Of a stretch of 64,000 bases of DNA, positions 48,643-57,375 are shown piece after piece; within the stretch, counting starts at the first letter, position 1, and each line of letters starts with the position of its first letter. Source of the stretch: Candidatus Latescibacterota bacterium (GTDB taxonomy: Bacteria > Latescibacterota > UBA2968 > GCA-2709665); NCBI GenBank assembly GCA_965208835.1, contig OZ242358.1:4768001-4832000 (forward strand). Direction: 5' to 3'. The translations under genes were made by a program, and so were the position numbers. The notes under the pieces are model-generated. The model was not told the origin of the DNA, did no database searches, and saw only the letters and a program-made list of their open reading frames with translations.

Positions 48643-50055
48643 TCAGGACCGTTTCCACACCGTCCCCTCGGGTGTGTCTTCCAACGTATACCCCAATTCC
48701 GTGAACCGGTCCCGAATCTCGTCCGCCCGCGCCCAGTTCCTTTCCTTCCTCGCCCGGTCGCGTTCCACGATCAGTGCCGCAAGGTCGTCCGGAAGTTCCT
48801 CTTCACCGTCATCTCCGGGTGTCGCATAGAACACCCCCAGTACCCGATCGATCTCGTCCAGAAAACCGTCAATCCTGCCGGCGCCGCCCCGGTCCACCCG
48901 TCCCTCGCGGATCAGGTCCTCCACAGCATTTACCATTCCGAAAACGGCGCTCATCGCGCGAGGCGCGTTGAGATCGTCATCCATGTGCCTGACAAATCCT
49001 TCACGCGCCGTTTCAAGCAAAGGCTCGGGGTCTTCTCCACCACTTGTCCGCGTGACCTCGCCAAGCCTGCGCCTGAAGTTGTCCAACCTTCGTATGGTAC
49101 TCTTCGCGGCGTCGAGTACTTCCTTTGAAAAATTGAACGCGGTGCGGTAATGATTGCTTACCACAAGGTACCGGAATGCACGCGCGTCATCGCGCGAACT
49201 CACGATGTCGCGAACCGTCAGGAAATTGCCCAGGCTCTTGGACATCTTCTCGTCGTCGACATTGATATGCGCGCCGTGCAGCCAGTAATTGACGAAGCGC
49301 TTGCCCGTTACCGCCTCGCTTTGCGCGATTTCATTCTGGTGGTGCGGAAAAATCAGATCGACCGCCCCGGCGTGGATGTCGATGGTTTCCCCCAGATACT
49401 TGATTGACATGCACGAGCACTCCATGTGCCAGCCCGGCCTTCCCGTTCCCAGATCCGACTTCCAGAACACGTCTCCGTCTTCCGGTTTCCACGCCTTCCA
49501 CAACACGAAGTCCCTCGCGTCTTCCTTGTCGTATTTGTCCGTATCCACCCCGCTGGCGCCTGTCTGCAATCCGGAAACGTCCAGTTGCGCCAGCTCCCCG
49601 TACGAGGGAAAGCTCCGTATCGAAAAATACACCGAGCCGTCGTGGACGTACGCATGGCCGTCTGCAATCATCCGCGAGATCATCTCCACCATTTCGGGGA
49701 TGTGATCCGTCGCCCGTGGATAGTGATCGGCCGGCAGCACATTCAATGTTTCCATGTCCTCGAAAAAGGCCGCCGTATACCGTTCTGTGAGCGCCTTCAG
49801 CGTCGTCTTTTCGTCGCGAACCTTCCCGATGATATTGTCGTCCACGTCGGTGATGTTCATCACGTGATCAACCCGATATCCGCGATACGTCAAATAGCGC
49901 TTGATCAGATCGAAGACGATAAAGGTCTTGAAATTTCCGATATGGGAATAGTCGTGAACGGTCGGCCCGCAACTGTAGAACGAGACCCTTCCAGGCGCAA
50001 TCTCTCTGAACTCCTCTTTTTCCCGGGTCAAGCTATTGTAAAAACAAACGGCCAT
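48643..50055 (-). CDS. cysS: Cysteine--tRNA ligase
   Basis: CGPTV, HIGN, NITDVDD, DF.LWK, GRPGWH.EC, FPHH.NE, KMSKS. TAAGGAG RBS before ATG 50055. Confidence 0.96.
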   Translation of the reverse strand: MAVCFYNSLTREKEEFREIAPGRVSFYSCGPTVHDYSHIGNFKTFIVFDLIKRYLTYRGYRVDHVMNITDVDDNIIGKVRDEKTTLKALTERYTAAFFEDMETLNVLPADHYPRATDHIPEMVEMISRMIADGHAYVHDGSVYFSIRSFPSYGELAQLDVSGLQTGASGVDTDKYDKEDARDFVLWKAWKPEDGDVFWKSDLGTGRPGWHMECSCMSIKYLGETIDIHAGAVDLIFPHHQNEIAQSEAVTGKRFVNYWLHGAHINVDDEKMSKSLGNFLTVRDIVSSRDDARAFRYLVVSNHYRTAFNFSKEVLDAAKSTIRRLDNFRRRLGEVTRTSGGEDPEPLLETAREGFVRHMDDDLNAPRAMSAVFGMVNAVEDLIREGRVDRGGAGRIDGFLDEIDRVLGVFYATPGDDGEEELPDDLAALIVERDRARKERNWARADEIRDRFTELGYTLEDTPEGTVWKRS

Positions 50056-50068
50056 TGACTGCTCCTTA

Positions 50069-50253
50069 GAAGCTGTCTTAAAACCCCCAGCGGTCTTCGC
50101 GCGGCTGCAAAAGCGTCGGCCTGCGTTGGTCAAATCCACCCGTCGTACGAGATCGAGGCTGCGCTTGCTCGCCTCTCATAGGCGAATTTGCCCGCCTTGA
50201 CCGACACATTTTCGCGCGCACTCGGGACTCACCAGGAATTTTAAAACAGCTTC
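50069..50253 (+). mobile_element. MITE family A (185 bp)
   Basis: TIRs intact, TTA duplication, ~24-bp internal deletion. Confidence 0.9.
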
Positions 50254-50288
50254 TTAGCTGCCGCAATGCAGATCAACCCACGCGGATG

Positions 50289-51392
50289 TCATACGGACGT
50301 CCTGAGCCGCTGCTCCCGCCCGTGTCGTTCGAACGCGAGCTGAATCAGGCGGTCGACCAGTTCCGTGTAGGACACCCCGCTCGCCTCCCACAGCTTCGGA
50401 TACATGCTGATTCGCGTAAAGCCCGGAATGGTGTTGATTTCGTTGACGAGTACTTCATCTTCACCGCGCAGAAAGCAATCCACGCGCGCCATTCCCTCGC
50501 AACAAAGCGCTGTGAAGGCCTGGACCGCCAACGCCTGTACCCTGTGTACGGTCGCCTCGGGCAGGTCCGCCGGAATAACCAGTCCGGCCCCGTTCTCGTC
50601 GATGTATTTCGCCTCGTACGTGTAGAAGTCGTGATGGGGGATAATTTCACCCGGTACGGATGCGACCGGATCGTCGTTGCCCAGTACCGAAACCTCGATC
50701 TCGCGCCCCCCCGCGTTTGCCTCGATCAAAATCTTGTGGTCGTACTGAAACGCCAGTTCAACCGCATCGGCAAACGTCTCGCGTCCACCCACCCGGCTGA
50801 CGCCAACCGAAGATCCAAGATTGGCCGGCTTTACGAAAACGGGCAACCCCAGCCTTCTCACAACCGCGTCAAAGTCGATTTCGCCGCAGGACCGTGAACA
50901 TGCCACAAAATCGGGAGTCGGAATACCGGCCTCGCGCAGCAGGCGTTTCATTACGTCTTTGTCCATTGCCACAGCCGAACCCAGAACACCGGCGCCCACG
51001 AAAGGAATGTCGGCCAGTTTCAACATCCCCTGAATGGTGCCGTCCTCTCCGAACGGTCCGTGCAGAACGGGGAACACCACATCAAGCGCCTCAAGACTCT
51101 GATTGTCGGATGAACGTACGAGCCGGGCGCCGCCGGTATCCTGCGGTACGAGTGTCACGCCGTCGTCCGCGTCTCCTGACGTCAGCGCCGGGAGGGCAGC
51201 GCCGGCGGCCTCGACATAAAGCCGGGACGGGGCACTCAGGTGCCACGTGCCTCGACGGTCGATGCCAATCAATACCACTTCGTATTTTTCCCTGTCAATT
51301 GCTTCTACAACGTTCCTGGCGGATTCCAGCGACACTTCGTGCTCGGCGGATTTCCCGCCGAACAGCACGCCGACGCGGGTCTTTTTACCCAT
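50289..51392 (-). CDS. ddl: D-alanine--D-alanine ligase
   Basis: FGG.S.EHEVS, LHGP.GEDG, KPA.LGSSVG, Y.YE.KY, NEINT.PGFT..SMYP. Confidence 0.95.
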   Translation of the reverse strand: MGKKTRVGVLFGGKSAEHEVSLESARNVVEAIDREKYEVVLIGIDRRGTWHLSAPSRLYVEAAGAALPALTSGDADDGVTLVPQDTGGARLVRSSDNQSLEALDVVFPVLHGPFGEDGTIQGMLKLADIPFVGAGVLGSAVAMDKDVMKRLLREAGIPTPDFVACSRSCGEIDFDAVVRRLGLPVFVKPANLGSSVGVSRVGGRETFADAVELAFQYDHKILIEANAGGREIEVSVLGNDDPVASVPGEIIPHHDFYTYEAKYIDENGAGLVIPADLPEATVHRVQALAVQAFTALCCEGMARVDCFLRGEDEVLVNEINTIPGFTRISMYPKLWEASGVSYTELVDRLIQLAFERHGREQRLRTSV

Positions 51393-51467
51393 CGACTCTT
51401 CCTTGAGCGTGTATTGGCTTCCGTCCTGCCCGGATCCGGTAAGGAGCTACATCGAGTAAAAAATCTG

Positions 51468-51620
51468 AAGCTACGAATAGGCGAGACTACGAAAGAACGA
51501 AACTACGAATTGGCGAAACTACGAAGGAACGAAAGAGCGGGAAGATATTATTCGTCTTATGGTTTTCTCGTATTCTCGTATTCTCGTATTCTCGCTTTAT
51601 GAAACGACGAATAGACGAAG
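51468..51620. repeat. Short-unit repeat tract (CTACGAA / TTCTCGTA)
   Basis: CTACGAA x4 followed by TTCTCGTA-like x3 in roughly complementary orientation. AT-richer intergenic region. Confidence 0.6.
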
Positions 51621-51664
51621 AATCCCAGGGTGAATTCAGTTGCCGAACGAGGTGCGGCAGGCGT

Positions 51665-52351
51665 TCAGGAGGCCCCGGTTTCGGGTGGCGTCGGATCTAT
51701 TGATTCATGTGATCTTTCCCGGCGCTTCTTTCGTCGCCACAGCCAGTACCCGATCCCTCCAGCCGCCATCAGTACGAGAATCACCCGGTTATAGGTCCGT
51801 AGCGCGTCGACCACCAATCCCCAGTTTTCGCCTACCTTCAGTCCGAAATACACAAGCAGGCTGTTCCAGAGCAGCGTACTGAGGACGACGTACACGAGCA
51901 TCCGAACGGGGTGTATCCGGCTGATGCCGGCGACGATCCCGACAAAGGCGCGCACCGTTGGCAGGAACCGGTTGAAGATGACGATCCGGTCGCCGTACCG
52001 GGAAAAACCCGCCTCCACCCTGTCCAGATTTTTCTCCGAGAAAATCCGGGACCTGAAACCCAGAAAGAACGCGCGACCCTTCCAGTACGCCACCGCGTAT
52101 ACCAGCAGACATCCCAAAGTGCTGCCCAACCACATCGCCAGATACGCCGGAACCAGGTGGACAATACCCATCCCTGCCAGATATGCGCCGAATACGATTA
52201 GGGTATCGCCGGGAATGGGCGGTATCAGATTCTCCAGAAAAGCGCCGAGGAACAAGAAGAAACAGATCAACTCCGGGGGCTGATCGTTCAGAATCAGCAG
52301 AAATTGCTCCCATGCCTGAGACACGAACGAAAGATCGAACGGAAAATCCAA
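51665..52351 (-). CDS. DedA family membrane protein
   Basis: EN..PPIPGD, G..LG...Y, RF.P.VR.F....AG. TTG 52351 follows AGGGAGG (the track ATG lies inside a MITE). Confidence 0.88.
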   Translation of the reverse strand: MDFPFDLSFVSQAWEQFLLILNDQPPELICFFLFLGAFLENLIPPIPGDTLIVFGAYLAGMGIVHLVPAYLAMWLGSTLGCLLVYAVAYWKGRAFFLGFRSRIFSEKNLDRVEAGFSRYGDRIVIFNRFLPTVRAFVGIVAGISRIHPVRMLVYVVLSTLLWNSLLVYFGLKVGENWGLVVDALRTYNRVILVLMAAGGIGYWLWRRKKRRERSHESIDPTPPETGAS

Positions 52352-52366
52352 CCAGCCCTCCCTTAA

Positions 52367-52512
52367 CAGCTCGTTGAAAAAGCCCATCCGGGCTACGGCC
52401 GGCCCTTGCGGTCGAAATACTGCGTTGCGCGCCCTCGCCGAATCGCAGGATGGGACTCGGTCGCGCGCCTTGTCTTCGACCTCGCCTGCAGAGCGGCTTT
52501 GTCAACGGACTG
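52367..52512 (+). mobile_element. MITE family B (146 bp)
   Basis: CAGCTCGTTGA...TCAACGGACTG. Left flank TTAA; right flank not duplicated. Confidence 0.88.
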
Positions 52513-52521
52513 CCAGAAGCT

Positions 52522-53727
52522 CTATGCTGCGTTTTCTCTTACCGGGTCAAGGGGGCCCGCCCCCAGTGACACCAGGGCGACCGCCTGAGCGGCGATTCCC
52601 TGTTCCATTCCTGCAAACCCCAGGCCCTCGGTCGTCGTTGCCTTCACCGACAGCCGTTCCGTCACGATTCCGAGCGCCCCGGCCATCCTTTCACGCATAG
52701 GGGCGGCGTGCGGCGCAAGCTTCGGGCGCTGCGCGATCACGGTGGCATCCACGTTTACAATTTCGGCCGCGTTCTCGCGTGCCAGTTCCGACACTCGCTC
52801 CAGCAGAATCAGACTTGAAATCCCGGCGTATTCCGGATCGTCGTCGGGAAAGTGATCTCCGATATCGCCCAGACACATCGCGCCGAGAACGGCATCCGCA
52901 ACCGCATGGGAAAGCACGTCGGCGTCGGAATGCCCGTGCAGGCCCCGGTCGAACGGAACGGTCACCCCGCCCAGAATCAACGGGCGGCCGGAAACCAACC
53001 TGTGCACGTCGTAACCGTGACCCACGCGGAGATTCGATGGAACGCTCACCGTTCTGGATCTCAGGATCGAATCCGCCATCGCCAGATCCTCGGGCGCAGT
53101 AATTTTAAGATTATCCTCCCGGCCCCCCACCACGTATACCGGCATATTCAGTTGTTCGACAAGCGACGTATCGTCCGTACCTCCATACCCCCTCCGCGCG
53201 GCCTCGCCGTGCGCTTCCCGAAAGATCGTCGCGCGAAACGCCTGCGGGGTCTGAACGCACCACATTCGCGACCGGTCCAGCGTGTGCAGAACCCGTCCGT
53301 CTTCGATCACCTTTACCGTGTCCGTTACGGGCGTACCCAGCACAGCCGAGCCCTTCCTGCGCGCCAGATCGACGACAGCGTCGATCTGTTCGGGCAGTAT
53401 CAGCGGCCGCGCCCCGTCATGGACGGCAATGACACTCGCGGCGGCCGGCACCGCCCCAAGTCCCTCAGCAACGGAGTCCTGACGCCTTTCCCCGCCCGCT
53501 ACAACGGCGGTTACTTTTCCCATGTCCCACCGGCGGACGTCCTCCCGGCATCGATCCACGCGATCCGCCAGCGTGACAAGCACCACGCGGTCGACCTGAC
53601 TCGCGCGTTCGAACGCCGCCAACGCATGGAAAAGCAACGGACGCCCCGCCAGACTCATGAACTGCTTGGGCGGACCGCCACCCATCCGCCGGCCCTGGCC
53701 GGCGGCAAGCACAATGGCGTAGACCAT
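52522..53727 (-). CDS. ispDF: Bifunctional IspD/IspF (MEP pathway)
   Basis: LAAG.G.RM, KQF, RQDSV, HDGARP, QTPQ, fused to G.GYDVH, HSDADV..HA, GDIG..FP, KATT.E. Confidence 0.95.
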   Translation of the reverse strand: MVYAIVLAAGQGRRMGGGPPKQFMSLAGRPLLFHALAAFERASQVDRVVLVTLADRVDRCREDVRRWDMGKVTAVVAGGERRQDSVAEGLGAVPAAASVIAVHDGARPLILPEQIDAVVDLARRKGSAVLGTPVTDTVKVIEDGRVLHTLDRSRMWCVQTPQAFRATIFREAHGEAARRGYGGTDDTSLVEQLNMPVYVVGGREDNLKITAPEDLAMADSILRSRTVSVPSNLRVGHGYDVHRLVSGRPLILGGVTVPFDRGLHGHSDADVLSHAVADAVLGAMCLGDIGDHFPDDDPEYAGISSLILLERVSELARENAAEIVNVDATVIAQRPKLAPHAAPMRERMAGALGIVTERLSVKATTTEGLGFAGMEQGIAAQAVALVSLGAGPLDPVRENAA

Positions 53728-53747
53728 AACGACAGACGATTCCTGAA

Positions 53748-53778
53748 CTCCGCCGGCAGAGCGACGTTATCAACGGAC
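53748..53778 (+). repeat. Right-end fragment of MITE family B
   Basis: CTCGCCGGCAGAGCGACGTTATCAACGGAC versus CTCGCCTGCAGAGCGACTTTATCAACGGAC. Confidence 0.7.
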
Positions 53779-53783
53779 CCTTA

Positions 53784-53867
53784 GAAGCTGTTTTAAAATT
53801 CCCAGCGGTCTTCGCGCGGCTGCAAAAGCGCCGGTCGGGAACTCACCGGTAATTTTAAAACAGCTTC
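53784..53867 (+). mobile_element. MITE family A, minimal copy (84 bp)
   Basis: Both TIRs and a TTA duplication. The right TTA is the queA TAA stop. Confidence 0.88.
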
Positions 53868-54905
53868 TTAGAGAATCAACATCGCGTCGCCGTAGCTGTA
53901 AAACCGATACCGCTTCCGCACTGCCTCTTCGTACGCCTTCAGTATAAACGCCCGGTCCGCAAATGCGGAAACAAGCATCAGCAGCGTAGAACGGGGAAGA
54001 TGAAAATTCGTCACCAGCGCGTCTATCAGCCTGAACCGGTACGGGGGACAGACAAACAGCCGGGTCCATCCCGAACCGGGATTCAGAGTCCAGCTGTCGC
54101 CCGACTGCGAAGCCGACGACTCCAGCGCGCGCACGGTGGTCGTACCAACTGCGACAACGCGCCCTCCATTCCTCCGGCTTTCGTTCACCTTTTCGGCGGC
54201 GGCGGGTCCGATCTCAAAGTACTCGGCGTCCATTTCGTGCCGGCGCGGGTCCGTCACTTCCACGGGCTTGAACGTCCCCGGACCCACGTGGAGCAGAACG
54301 GGCGCGACTTCCACCCCGGATACACGGATACGTTCCAGCAGATCCGGCGTAAAATGCAGCCCCGCCGTGGGCGCGGCCACGGCCCCGCGGGTTCGCGCGT
54401 AAACCGACTGATATCGTTCCCGATCGGCCGGTTCCTCCTCCCGCCTGATGTATGGCGGCAGCGGGATGCGTCCCCGGCTTTCCAGCACGTCCTCGAGAGA
54501 CGAACCGCCCTTGAACCGGACCATGCGTCGTCCCGAGGGCAGGACCTCGGTCACCTGCGCAACGAGGTCCACGTCCGGAAAGGCCACCTCCGCGCCCTCC
54601 CGAAGCCTGCGGCCGGGACGAGCGAGCACTTCCCAGCATTCTCCGTCGCAACGAACCAGCAATAATTCAACGGATCCGCCCGTGCCGGGACGGTACCCGT
54701 TAAGGCGGGCCGGGAAAACGCGGGTCTCGTTGACGACCAGACAATCACCGGGACGCAGCAGTTCCGGAAACGACCGGAACACCGTATGGTCGATCCGCCC
54801 GGTTTTCCGATCCAGAACCATCAGCCGGGCGGCGTCCCGTTCGGAGGCCGGGTACTGCGCGATCAGTTCCTCGGGAAGCACATAATCGAAGTCGGCGAGG
54901 TCCAT
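53868..54905 (-). CDS. queA: SAM:tRNA ribosyltransferase-isomerase
   Basis: DFDY.LP.ELIAQ.P, PLPPYI, YQ.VYA, AAPTAGLHF, LHVG.GTF, TNFHLP.STL, YRF.SYGDAM. Confidence 0.96.
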   Translation of the reverse strand: MDLADFDYVLPEELIAQYPASERDAARLMVLDRKTGRIDHTVFRSFPELLRPGDCLVVNETRVFPARLNGYRPGTGGSVELLLVRCDGECWEVLARPGRRLREGAEVAFPDVDLVAQVTEVLPSGRRMVRFKGGSSLEDVLESRGRIPLPPYIRREEEPADRERYQSVYARTRGAVAAPTAGLHFTPDLLERIRVSGVEVAPVLLHVGPGTFKPVEVTDPRRHEMDAEYFEIGPAAAEKVNESRRNGGRVVAVGTTTVRALESSASQSGDSWTLNPGSGWTRLFVCPPYRFRLIDALVTNFHLPRSTLLMLVSAFADRAFILKAYEEAVRKRYRFYSYGDAMLIL

Positions 54906-55024
54906 TGAGCCCGATGTCCGGACACGTTTGTTTACGTTTGGTCGCGCAAAGCAGGATTTTCGGGTCGGCTGCCGGACGGCGACCTCAGGCGGAGTGTGCC
55001 GTTGATGGATTCGCTCGATTCGGG

Positions 55025-55249
55025 TCAGCGACGGGAAATCAGGTTCAGCACGAGCGTAAGGACGATGCTGACCACGATGCACGTCACAACAGGGAAATAG
55101 AATCTGAAACCCTCGCGGCGAACGACGACATCTCCCGGCAAACGCCCTGCAAAAGGTAACCGGTCTCCGATCCAGAGTACCAGGCCCACGGAAAACAGGA
55201 GAATCCCAGCAATCATCAGGACCCTGCCAAAGCCGGAAAACTCGCTCAT
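55025..55249 (-). CDS. DUF2905 small membrane protein
   Basis: GRLPGD......F.FYFP..TCI..S; adjacent to queA. Confidence 0.85.
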   Translation of the reverse strand: MSEFSGFGRVLMIAGILLFSVGLVLWIGDRLPFAGRLPGDVVVRREGFRFYFPVVTCIVVSIVLTLVLNLISRR

Positions 55250-55418
55250 GACGACGACCCTTCACAGAAGTGAAAACTTACAGAATTCTCTATCCGACGT
55301 CAAGGTATTGCGGCCCGAGATGAGGACCCTGAACCAACGGGCGGGCAGCCGGAGCCGGTCGTATCCGCTCTCCGGAATCCCGGATGTGCGACCGGGTCCG
55401 GACCCACGGTTATTGAAG

Positions 55419-55465
55419 AAAAAAACGTGAAACATGCCACACCGCGGGGGCGGGCAGTTTCACGT
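55419..55465 (-). terminator. Intrinsic terminator after Zn-dehydrogenase
   Basis: Minus strand ACGTGAAAC...GTTTCACG followed by a T-run. Confidence 0.65.
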
Positions 55466-55489
55466 CTGTTGGCTGGTGGAGGGTTTCAC

Positions 55490-56524
55490 TCAGGGCGCAA
55501 ATACGACCTTCAATGCCTCCATATTCTCGGCTGCCGCGAAGCCTTTCTCCCAATCCGAAAGGGGCAGTCGGTGTGTAATGATAGGATCCACGTCGATCTT
55601 GCCGTCGGCAATCATCCAGATGGTTTTATCCCAACTCGCGTATTCGGTGGACATGTTGAAAAAGAGCGTTACGACTTTGGTCATCGCCGCGTCCCAGTCC
55701 AGTTGCACGGGTCGCTTTCCTGTGAGGCCGATGCCACATATCCGGCCCCACTTGCATACCAGATCGACAGCCTGGGCAATGGCAGGAGGCGCGCCCGAAC
55801 ACTCGATCACCAGGTCCGCCCCTTTCCCGCCGGTCAATTCCAGGCAGCGCTCCACGGGATCCGCTTCCGCGAAATTCACCACGTGCTCGACGCCCAACCT
55901 GCGCGCCGTCGCCAGGCGCAATTCCTCGTCCGCGGGCGCGCCTACGATCATCACTTCGCGTGCCCCCGCCACCCGGGCAACCTGTGCGGCCAGCAGGCCG
56001 ATAGGCCCCGGCCCCAGAACCACCACGAAATCGCCCACCTCGATCGCCTGCCGATCGATGATATCCGTTACCGTGTTGGCCGCCGGTTCAACCAGCGCAC
56101 CCTGCTCGAAAGTCATATGGTCCGGAATCCGGTGCAACAGGTTCGTGGGATATTTCATGAATCTCGTAAACGCGCCGTCGATTCCCCAGCCTGGCGATCG
56201 TTTCTCCAGGCAGTTCTGAATGTGACCCTTTCGACAGAGGAAACACTTGCCGCAGTGCAATGTATGCGGCTCCCCAACCACGCGGTCGCCCACCTTCCAG
56301 TCCGATACCGATCTTCCGGCCTCTACGATCTCGCCCGAGAATTCATGGCCCAGGATCACCGGCGGCCAGTACGGAAATGTATCGTGTTTCACGTGTACAT
56401 CCGTTCCGCAGATGCCTGCCGCCTTAATCTCTATCAGAACCTCGTCGTCCGTAATTTCGGGCTCCGGCACGTCCTGCAATTCCAGAAATCCAACGCCCCG
56501 TTTGGTCTTGACAACTGCCTCCAT
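55490..56524 (-). CDS. Zinc-dependent alcohol/polyol dehydrogenase (MDR)
   Basis: GICGTD, GHEFSG, CG.C..C......C, EP, GPGPIG. Confidence 0.92.
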   Translation of the reverse strand: MEAVVKTKRGVGFLELQDVPEPEITDDEVLIEIKAAGICGTDVHVKHDTFPYWPPVILGHEFSGEIVEAGRSVSDWKVGDRVVGEPHTLHCGKCFLCRKGHIQNCLEKRSPGWGIDGAFTRFMKYPTNLLHRIPDHMTFEQGALVEPAANTVTDIIDRQAIEVGDFVVVLGPGPIGLLAAQVARVAGAREVMIVGAPADEELRLATARRLGVEHVVNFAEADPVERCLELTGGKGADLVIECSGAPPAIAQAVDLVCKWGRICGIGLTGKRPVQLDWDAAMTKVVTLFFNMSTEYASWDKTIWMIADGKIDVDPIITHRLPLSDWEKGFAAAENMEALKVVFAP

Positions 56525-56774
56525 AATCCACTCCTTTTATATTGAATCGTCGTAATTTCTCATTGCCGGCCGGGGTAAAGAAACGCAAGGCCGCGATTCG
56601 CAAGCCTGGGGATCGCTGGTTTTATGCCGAACACGGAAATGGGGTGAATTACCACGAAAAAGGCGCACGCACGACGCGAATTAACCTTGAAATAACAGGT
56701 AGGATACTGTATAATCAATTTCACGTCGCGGCCGACCGGAATTCACCGGTCGGCTGATCCGGTTGTAACCGCTG

Positions 56775-56966
56775 TCAGCCGCAATCCAGACAACGGACTT
56801 CGTCAAAAATCCGGTCCTGCTCATCCGGTTCGTCAATTGCAAAATTAACCAGGCAGCGCACGGCCTTGGAAGCGTCTTCGAGACGGTATCGGGCGGCGAC
56901 TTCGTCCAGAAACGCCATCTGGTGTGTTTCCAGCGAAATCTCGAAGGTCTGCTTATCTTTAAACAC
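56775..56966 (-). CDS. Small protein, ribbon-helix-helix-like with C-terminal CxxC
   Basis: GGGAGG RBS. Beta-strand TFEISL, two helices, ends RCLDCG. Confidence 0.6.
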   Translation of the reverse strand: MFKDKQTFEISLETHQMAFLDEVAARYRLEDASKAVRCLVNFAIDEPDEQDRIFDEVRCLDCG

Positions 56967-56984
56967 GCCAGCACCTCCCTGTTA

Positions 56985-57194
56985 AAAGCTGTTTTAAGAT
57001 TACCGGTGCGCTCCCGAGCGCGAGCGAAAAAGTGGCGGTTACGAGGCGCGAGGGGCGCGCAGCGCCGACGGGAAAATCCGGCTATGAGAGGCGAGCAAGC
57101 GCAGCATCGATCTCGTAAGACGGGTGGGTTTGACCAACGCCGACCGACGCTTTTGCAGCCGCGCGAAGACCGCTGGGAGTTTTAAGACAGCTTC
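56985..57194 (-). mobile_element. MITE family A (210 bp, inverted)
   Basis: Near-identical to the 40390 copy. Flanks TTA and TGA. Confidence 0.9.
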
Positions 57195-57375
57195 TGATAA
57201 CGGATTCCACCGTATTGCGCGAAATAACCCTGCGATTTCGATTTTTCATGATAGGGTTTCCGCAGTGTATTGTCAATGGGGATTCATCTTTCCGCACCCG
57301 TTCCTGCCGGACCGGCCGGCACCCGGAAATCCTTAGCGACGTCAGGTGGAATTCTGATCGCCGACGCCCGATTTC

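Noticed and set aside
50056-50139. N-terminal extensions of cysS, creatininase (47565) and DedA (52387), and recurring small ORFs with RSCLK/RAKTAG
   Set aside because: These are translations of MITE sequence. Better starts with an RBS lie outside the elements.
52522-53727. IspD-IspF fusion as a novelty
   Set aside because: Well-known bifunctional architecture.
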